A DNA stretch of 64,000 bases from Candidatus Zhuqueibacterota bacterium. GTDB taxonomy: Bacteria > Zhuqueibacterota > Zhuqueibacteria > Thermofontimicrobiales > Thermofontimicrobiaceae. The stretch covers positions 160,001 to 224,000 of the forward strand of contig JBMOPW010000032.1 in NCBI GenBank assembly GCA_049322915.1. The letters run 5' to 3'. Shown here in pieces: positions 58,102-64,000 of the stretch; the stretch's first letter is position 1; the number at the start of each line of letters is the position of its first letter. The translations under genes were made by a program, and so were the position numbers. The notes under the pieces were generated by a model. It saw only the letters and a list, made by a program, of their open reading frames with translations. It had not been told where the DNA came from and ran no database searches.

Positions 58102-60192
58102 ATGATAAGTCAACGTTTTATTAGTCAGTCTATTACAAAGTTCAGTGATACCTTTATCCACTATACAAAAGTTAGCCAGAACACGTATGTTTTTATTCTT
58201 GGAATTTTAGTAGGAATTCTCGGTGGATTTGTATCGATTGGATTTCGCTGGTTAATTAGTTTTTTTCAGAATATCACTGTTGGTGATTCCCATAATATTT
58301 TAGAATCACTGCGTGTGATGCCTGTCTATTGGAAAATATTATTGCCGGTTCTTGGAGGGGCGATTGTCGGTCCGATCATCCATTTTTTTGCCAGGGAAGC
58401 CAAAGGACACGGCGTTCCCGAGGTTATGCAGGCCATCGCATTGAAGAATGGAGTCATCCGGCCGCGAGTCGCTATTATTAAATCGTTTGTCTCCGCAATT
58501 ACAATCAGCACCGGCGGCTCTGTTGGACAGGAAGGCCCGATCATCCAGGTTGGCTCTGCATTAGGGTCCACCATCGGACAATGGCTAAAAGTTTCGCCGG
58601 ATCGCCTGAAAATATTGGTCGGCTGTGGCGCCGCGGCCGGGATTGCTGCTACATTCAATGCGCCCATTGCCGGAGCATTTTTTGCGCTGGAGATAATCAT
58701 CGGCAATTTTGCACTGTTGAATTTCAGTCCCATCATCATTTCGTCGGTAATGGCGACTGTAATTTCACGAGCGTTTTTCGGCAACTATCCCATTTTTACA
58801 ATTCCTCATTACTCATTGGTGAGTAGCTATGAAATCCCTCTATACATGGTTCTTGGATTTATAGCCGGATTTGTTGGATTAGCCTTTACGAAATCTGTCT
58901 ATGCCAGTGAGAGATTTTTTCACCGGCTCACAATGCCTGATTATTTGAAAACGCCATTTGGTTCGATATTTTTGGGAATCATCATTGTATTTATGCCAAA
59001 CGTTTTTGGCGGCGGGTATGAAACAATTGAGTTAGCTTTAAAAGGCGAGATAATTTGGTATACACTTTTCATTCTAATTTTTGTAAAATTGTTAGCGACC
59101 AGCATCACGCTCGGCTCCGGCGGATCCGGTGGAGTTTTTGCCCCATCCCTTTTTGTTGGCGCAGTTACCGGCGGTGCCTTCGGGTATCTTGTAAATTATT
59201 TATTTCCAAATGTGACCGCCAGTAGCGGCGCGTATGCAATGGTTGGAATGGGAGCTGTGGTTGCCGGAACAACACACGCGCCGATCACTTCCATTTTGAT
59301 GCTGTTTGAAATTACCAATGATTATAAAATTATTCTGCCAGTGATGATTTCATGTACCATTTCAACAATATTGGCCCGAAAGCTCAACGAAGATTCCATT
59401 TATACTCTGAAACTCAAGCTTCGTGGCATCACATTGAACCAGGGTCGGGAGGAGATTATCATGAAATCGTTTTGTGTCGGGGATCTGATGAAATCCAATC
59501 CGCCGACAATTGATGAATGCGCCCAACTAAAAAAGATAATCAAAGTTTTTATGACCAGCCAGGAACCATATTATTATGTGGTGAAAGAAAATGGTGAATT
59601 GGTCGGTTCATTGTCCACGCATTTGGTTAAAAATGTTTTGAGTCCTGACGAAAATTTGAATAGGTTAATCATTGCCAGAGATTTGTTAATTCCGGTAGAA
59701 TCCTATGTAATGTCGAGTACCACGCTGGCCGATTGTATGGATCAGTTCGAACGAGTGGAGAGTGAACATTTGCCAGTAGTGGAAAGCAACGAAGTCCGAA
59801 AATTGATAGGCAGCATTTCAAAGAAAGATATTATAAAATTGTACAACAGGGAAATTCTTCGGAAGGATGTGTTAGGAATAAAATATGTCAGGGAGTTCGG
59901 GACCGAAAAACAGCGGAACCTTGTGCAGCTTCCCAGGGAATATAAAGTCGAATATATTCCTGTGCCGGATGATTTTATCGGTCGCACACTAAAGGAATTG
60001 AACATTCGTGCTGCCCACAGAGTGACAATTCTGGCAGTGAAAAAAAAGTTGAGCGATCTTGCACTGACAAGTGAAATCCCTAATCCAGAGCGTGTTTTTG
60101 AAAAAGGGGATATTTTAATCGTAGCTGGCAAAGATGAAGACGTGGAACGAATCCGGAAAATGGCAATAATAAAGAGAAGTGAAAAGAAATGA
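58102..60192 (+). CDS. ClC family chloride channel/transporter with CBS pair and C-terminal RCK_C (TrkA-C) domain
   Basis: GHGVPEV, GQEGP, GGVFAP, SIYT; CBS repeats; FIGRTLKELNIR...ILAVKK...GDILIVAG. Confidence 0.92.
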   Translation: MISQRFISQSITKFSDTFIHYTKVSQNTYVFILGILVGILGGFVSIGFRWLISFFQNITVGDSHNILESLRVMPVYWKILLPVLGGAIVGPIIHFFAREAKGHGVPEVMQAIALKNGVIRPRVAIIKSFVSAITISTGGSVGQEGPIIQVGSALGSTIGQWLKVSPDRLKILVGCGAAAGIAATFNAPIAGAFFALEIIIGNFALLNFSPIIISSVMATVISRAFFGNYPIFTIPHYSLVSSYEIPLYMVLGFIAGFVGLAFTKSVYASERFFHRLTMPDYLKTPFGSIFLGIIIVFMPNVFGGGYETIELALKGEIIWYTLFILIFVKLLATSITLGSGGSGGVFAPSLFVGAVTGGAFGYLVNYLFPNVTASSGAYAMVGMGAVVAGTTHAPITSILMLFEITNDYKIILPVMISCTISTILARKLNEDSIYTLKLKLRGITLNQGREEIIMKSFCVGDLMKSNPPTIDECAQLKKIIKVFMTSQEPYYYVVKENGELVGSLSTHLVKNVLSPDENLNRLIIARDLLIPVESYVMSSTTLADCMDQFERVESEHLPVVESNEVRKLIGSISKKDIIKLYNREILRKDVLGIKYVREFGTEKQRNLVQLPREYKVEYIPVPDDFIGRTLKELNIRAAHRVTILAVKKKLSDLALTSEIPNPERVFEKGDILIVAGKDEDVERIRKMAIIKRSEKK

Positions 60193-61547
60193 ATGGTGTT
60201 CGCAGGACTAAATTTTTGGCCTCCTCCCGAATATTAATTATCAGTTTTCTATTAATCATCCTCATTGGGACTGGATTACTCATGCTGCCCCAGGCGACAG
60301 TGGGAGAGACACTCTCATTTATTGATGCCTTGTTCACAGCAACTTCCGCCACCTGCGTTACCGGCCTTGTAATTGCGGATACCGGTACTAAATTCACTGT
60401 GTTCGGGCAGTTAGTTATTCTCGCTTTGATTCAAGTTGGCGGACTTGGCATAATGACATTTTCCACCTTCTTCGTTTTCCTGCTCATGGGTAAATTTTCG
60501 CTGTCCGATCGGGATATCATCCAGGAGACGTTCACCCAGTCCCCTTTCAAAAATGTATCAGGCCTGTTGAAATATGTATTTGTCTTGACAATTATTATCG
60601 AAAGCATTGGCGCTTTACTTCTCACCGCTTGTTTCGCAGAGCAATATTCTCCAGGAAAATCCCTTTACCTGGGAGTTTTCCATTCTGTCGCGGCTTTTTG
60701 TAACGCTGGATTTTCGTTGTTCAACGATAATCTAATGGGATATGTCGGAGACTGGCGTATCAACGTTATCATTATGCTACTGATTATTTCTGGTGGAATT
60801 GGGTTTGTAATTCTCCATGAAGCAAAGAACATTCTTTTTTCAAAAAGACGCACAGTCTTTTCATTCCATTCGCGAGTCGTGTTTATTGTGACGGCTGCCC
60901 TCATTGCCGGAGGCGCCCTCCTCATTTTTTTATTTGAAAGGCAGAATACGCACTTCAATCTTCCACTTCATACGCAGGTGATGGCGTCATTCTTTCAATC
61001 GGTCACCTGTCGCACTGCTGGTTTCAATACAATGGACATTTCGCTCATGGCGAATGCAAGTCTGGTGTTAATGATTTTTCTGATGTTCATCGGCGCATCG
61101 CCGGGATCATGCGGAGGAGGAATTAAAACCAGCACTTTTGGCGTTCTGGTGGCGCTGATGGCGGCGCAATTTAAAAATAGTCAGGATGTGAATTTGCTCG
61201 AACGCCGCATCCCAGTGGATGTCATTTCGAAAGTGCTTTCCGTTTCATTTTTTTCAGTGGTTATCCTTTTTCTGGCCACGACATTACTGATGATTTCGGA
61301 GACAAGCGGGGCATATTCCGTGCAAAGTCGTGGGCTATTTCTGGATGCATTGTTTGAGGTGGTTTCAGCTTTTGGAACTGTCGGGCTTTCAGCAGGTTTA
61401 ACGTTCAAATTATCAACGCTGGGGAAACTGATCATTATTATCACTATGTTCATTGGTCGCCTGGGACCTCTGACCATCGTAATGGCTATTGGAAAAAAAG
61501 GTTCGCCCGGATTCAGATATGCCCAGGAAAAAGTGTTAATTGGATAA
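60189..61547 (+). CDS. ktrB: KtrB/TrkH potassium uptake membrane subunit
   Basis: SATCVTGL, FCNAGF, RTAGFN, SAFGTVGLS, GRLGPLT. Confidence 0.93.
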   Translation: MNGVRRTKFLASSRILIISFLLIILIGTGLLMLPQATVGETLSFIDALFTATSATCVTGLVIADTGTKFTVFGQLVILALIQVGGLGIMTFSTFFVFLLMGKFSLSDRDIIQETFTQSPFKNVSGLLKYVFVLTIIIESIGALLLTACFAEQYSPGKSLYLGVFHSVAAFCNAGFSLFNDNLMGYVGDWRINVIIMLLIISGGIGFVILHEAKNILFSKRRTVFSFHSRVVFIVTAALIAGGALLIFLFERQNTHFNLPLHTQVMASFFQSVTCRTAGFNTMDISLMANASLVLMIFLMFIGASPGSCGGGIKTSTFGVLVALMAAQFKNSQDVNLLERRIPVDVISKVLSVSFFSVVILFLATTLLMISETSGAYSVQSRGLFLDALFEVVSAFGTVGLSAGLTFKLSTLGKLIIIITMFIGRLGPLTIVMAIGKKGSPGFRYAQEKVLIG

Positions 61548-61563
61548 TGGAATAGAGAGGTTT

Positions 61564-62220
61564 ATGCGACGTTTTGCTATCATCGGGCTGAGCGCGTTTG
61601 GCTCGTACTTGACTCGGTATTTGTCTGAAAGCGGTTTGCAGGTTATGGCGCTGGACTCTAATGAGAGTCGGATCGAAAAAGTAAAAAACCTCGCGTACAA
61701 GTCCGTCATTGTAGATGCGCGAGATAAAACAGCGTTGGAGAATCTTGGCATCGCTGATTTTGATGTGGTGGTGGTGAGTCTTGGCGACCAGATTGATGCC
61801 AGCATTTTGGTCACACTCTATTTGAAGGAACTTGGCGTGAAAGAAATCATCGCCAAGGCGACAACAGAAGATCACGGCAAAATATTGGATAGAATTGGCG
61901 CAACTAACGTCGTTTTCCCGGAGAAGGACATGGCGTTCCGGCTGGCCAGAAGCCTGGCAAATGTGAATGTTCTGGATGCCATTCCGCTCCTTCCGGGAGT
62001 GAGCATCCTGGAATTTGGCGCGCCGGTATCATTCCTCGGAAAATCATTGAAGGAACTCGATATTACCAATCGATTCGGGGTTCAAATTATTGTCATCAAA
62101 GAAATCGTTCCGGAGAACCTGGTGGTTGTCCCTCGCGCCGATCACATTTTAAAAGATAGTGATATTCTCATCGGAATTGGCAAGGATGAAGATCTGGAGA
62201 GATTGCTAAAAGTGAAATGA
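61564..62220 (+). CDS. ktrA: KtrA/TrkA potassium uptake regulatory subunit
   Basis: FAIIGLSAFG, VVFPEKDMA, RCK_C LGKSLKELDI. Confidence 0.92.
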   Translation: MRRFAIIGLSAFGSYLTRYLSESGLQVMALDSNESRIEKVKNLAYKSVIVDARDKTALENLGIADFDVVVVSLGDQIDASILVTLYLKELGVKEIIAKATTEDHGKILDRIGATNVVFPEKDMAFRLARSLANVNVLDAIPLLPGVSILEFGAPVSFLGKSLKELDITNRFGVQIIVIKEIVPENLVVVPRADHILKDSDILIGIGKDEDLERLLKVK

Positions 62221-62469
62221 ATAGCATGCCGGCCGTGATTTTCTGAAGAGGGAAAGCACTTTAGCGTATTGCATTTCGAAAGAGGGGAAGTCAGTTAGTT
62301 GATTGCAGTGTGCCTTTGGCTTTTCAGAGGTTCAGTGAAGAAAAAGCAACTGAATTAACCTGAAACGCGTCAGAGGCGCCGGGATAGCTGAGCATGAAAA
62401 CCAGACCGCAGTGGCGGTCAAAGAACGATAGAGATATGAATTGAAGTGAAAACATTGGGAGAGTGATTT

Positions 62470-64000
62470 ATGATGGAGGGCAATTTTACGCGACTGAAAG
62501 ATATTGATGAAATCGATGATATCATAGTTCCTGATGAGCTACCGATACTACCGCTTCGTGACTTCATTGTCTACCCCCACATGGTGTCTCCGCTGATTAT
62601 TGCCCGGCCTAAATCTTTGCAGCTTGTCGATAATGTCATGGCCGGTGAGAAAATCCTGGGCCTTGTCGCCCAGCGCATGCCTGAAGAGGAAGAACCCAGT
62701 TTTCAATCGCTTTTTAAATATGGCACGGCTGCTTATATTTTGAAAATGCTTCGTTTCCCGGATGGAAGTCTTAGAATTTTGGTGCAGGGACTGGCGCGAA
62801 TTAAAATCACCAAAGCTGTCCAGCATGACCCGTATTTTATCGCGCGCGTGAAGCGCCTCGAAGAAAAATTTGAGATGAATATCGAAGTCAAAGCGCTGGC
62901 GCGTAACATCGCTACCCAATTCCAAAAAATAATCACGCTGGTACCAAATCTTCCCGACGAGCTGCAAATCGCAGTGATGAACATGGATGATCCCGGCCGG
63001 CTGACAGATTTATTGGCTTCCAATATCAATCTGTCTTTGGTGGAGAAGCAGAAGATACTGGAATTGCTGGACACCCGCGAACGGATGGAACAGCTCACCA
63101 AGTATCTGAGTCGTGAACTTGAAGTGCTGGAGATGGGAACGAAAATTCAAACTCAGGTTCAGTCCGAGATGGGAAAAAATCAGCGGGAATATTATCTTCG
63201 TGAGCAGCTCAAGGCAATTCAAAATGAACTGGGTGAATCGGATGAACGAACCACGGAGATAAATGACCTCCGCAATAAAATCGCCAAGGCGAATATGCCG
63301 GAGACCGCTGAAAAAGAAGCGCTGCGGGAATTGAATCGCCTTTCCAAAATGCCATTAGGCGCTGCGGAGTATACAGTCTCCCGGACTTATCTCGATTGGC
63401 TGATTGCCATTCCCTGGAATAAATCCACTGAGGACAATCTCGATATAGCTGTCGCAGAGAGGATTCTCAATGAAGATCATTATGACCTGGAAAAGGTGAA
63501 AGAGAGAATTCTGGAGTTTTTAGCCGTTCGAAAGCTAAAGAGAGATATGAAAGGACCGATTCTCTGCTTTGTCGGGCCGCCGGGGGTTGGTAAAACTTCA
63601 CTGGGTCGCTCCATCGCCCGGGCGCTGGGCCGAAAATTCATCCGCATTTCATTGGGTGGTGTTCGAGATGAAGCAGAAATTCGAGGTCATCGACGAACCT
63701 ACATTGGCGCGCTTCCCGGCAGAGTTATTCAGGGAATTAAAAACGTCGGCTCCAATAATCCCGTATTCATGCTGGATGAAGTGGATAAAATTGGCCAGGA
63801 TTTTCGCGGCGATCCAAGTTCGGCGTTGCTGGAGGTGCTTGATCCTGAGCAGAATTTCTCGTTTTCAGACCATTACCTGGATGTCCCGTTCGACCTTTCC
63901 AGGGTGTTGTTCATTACGACCGCGAATTATTTAGATCCCATTCCTGCAGCGTTTCTGGACAGAATGGAGGTCATTGAACTGCCAGGCTATACTGCCGAAG
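62470..64000 (+). CDS. lon: ATP-dependent Lon protease (3' end outside the window)
   Basis: Frame 1 from ATG 62470: LPILPLRD, QREYYLREQLKAI, DHYDLEKVKERILE, GPPGVGKTS, IRGHRRTYIGALPG, LDEVDK; missing from the ORF track because it has no stop. Confidence 0.96.
   Translation, partial: MMEGNFTRLKDIDEIDDIIVPDELPILPLRDFIVYPHMVSPLIIARPKSLQLVDNVMAGEKILGLVAQRMPEEEEPSFQSLFKYGTAAYILKMLRFPDGSLRILVQGLARIKITKAVQHDPYFIARVKRLEEKFEMNIEVKALARNIATQFQKIITLVPNLPDELQIAVMNMDDPGRLTDLLASNINLSLVEKQKILELLDTRERMEQLTKYLSRELEVLEMGTKIQTQVQSEMGKNQREYYLREQLKAIQNELGESDERTTEINDLRNKIAKANMPETAEKEALRELNRLSKMPLGAAEYTVSRTYLDWLIAIPWNKSTEDNLDIAVAERILNEDHYDLEKVKERILEFLAVRKLKRDMKGPILCFVGPPGVGKTSLGRSIARALGRKFIRISLGGVRDEAEIRGHRRTYIGALPGRVIQGIKNVGSNNPVFMLDEVDKIGQDFRGDPSSALLEVLDPEQNFSFSDHYLDVPFDLSRVLFITTANYLDPIPAAFLDRMEVIELPGYTAE

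Noticed and set aside
671..63934. Many short antisense or off-frame ORFs in the ORF track (e.g. 671-1297, 11198-11665, 19790-20617, 29240-29959, 35535-36077, 62548-62967, 63569-63934)
   Set aside because: They overlap well-supported genes and show no family motifs; treated as shadow ORFs.
1..64000. CRISPR arrays, IS elements, integrases, prophage genes, rRNA, known riboswitches, selenocysteine or frameshift recoding
   Set aside because: No regularly spaced repeats, recognisable enzyme motifs, riboswitch consensus or interrupted ORFs seen by eye; an Infernal/Rfam scan would be needed to exclude divergent RNAs.

Overview
Ordinary chromosomal window from a diderm bacterium (lpxH present). Gene content and order suggest an FCB-related lineage such as KSB1 or Calditrichota, but that is inference. 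I saw no CRISPR array, transposase, integrase, prophage or rRNA. Most genes are on the + strand: the end of a bactofilin gene; an ~11.3 kb seven-gene operon resembling the core of the myxobacterial Agl-Glt motor (two giant exported TPR proteins, a GltF/CglF-like protein, one MotA/TolQ/ExbB, two ExbD/TolR, one AgmX/PglI-type TonB-like protein); aspS; a coiled-coil lipoprotein and LysM pair; phoH, 7TM-HD, ybeY, CorC-like; a GalT-like gene with an altered active site; an OsmC/ECF sigma/zinc anti-sigma block; an RpiB-DeoC fusion with a putative microcompartment encapsulation peptide; clpS; phosphohexomutase; pyrimidine nucleoside phosphorylase; PBP1A; lpxH; ispE-spoVG-tRNA-Gln-prs-rplY-pth-rpsF-ssb-rpsR-rplI; a small zinc-ribbon gene enclosed by a long-range RNA duplex; YbbR/CdaR-like and tsaD; an MBL nuclease and a JAB-DinG fusion; a GYF-MinD/FlhG fusion; glycerate kinase; ClC-KtrB-KtrA; and lon (cut off by the window end). 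Best candidates for new biology: (1) the Agl-Glt-like machine, with one ExbD lacking its proton-carrying Asp and a glycan-binding-like domain on the GltD-like protein; (2) the RpiB-peptide-Cys4-DeoC fusion; (3) the fold-back RNA around the zinc-ribbon gene; (4) the GYF-FlhG-Cys4 fusion; (5) the His-to-Tyr GalT variant. All family assignments come from motifs recognised by eye, not from database searches.
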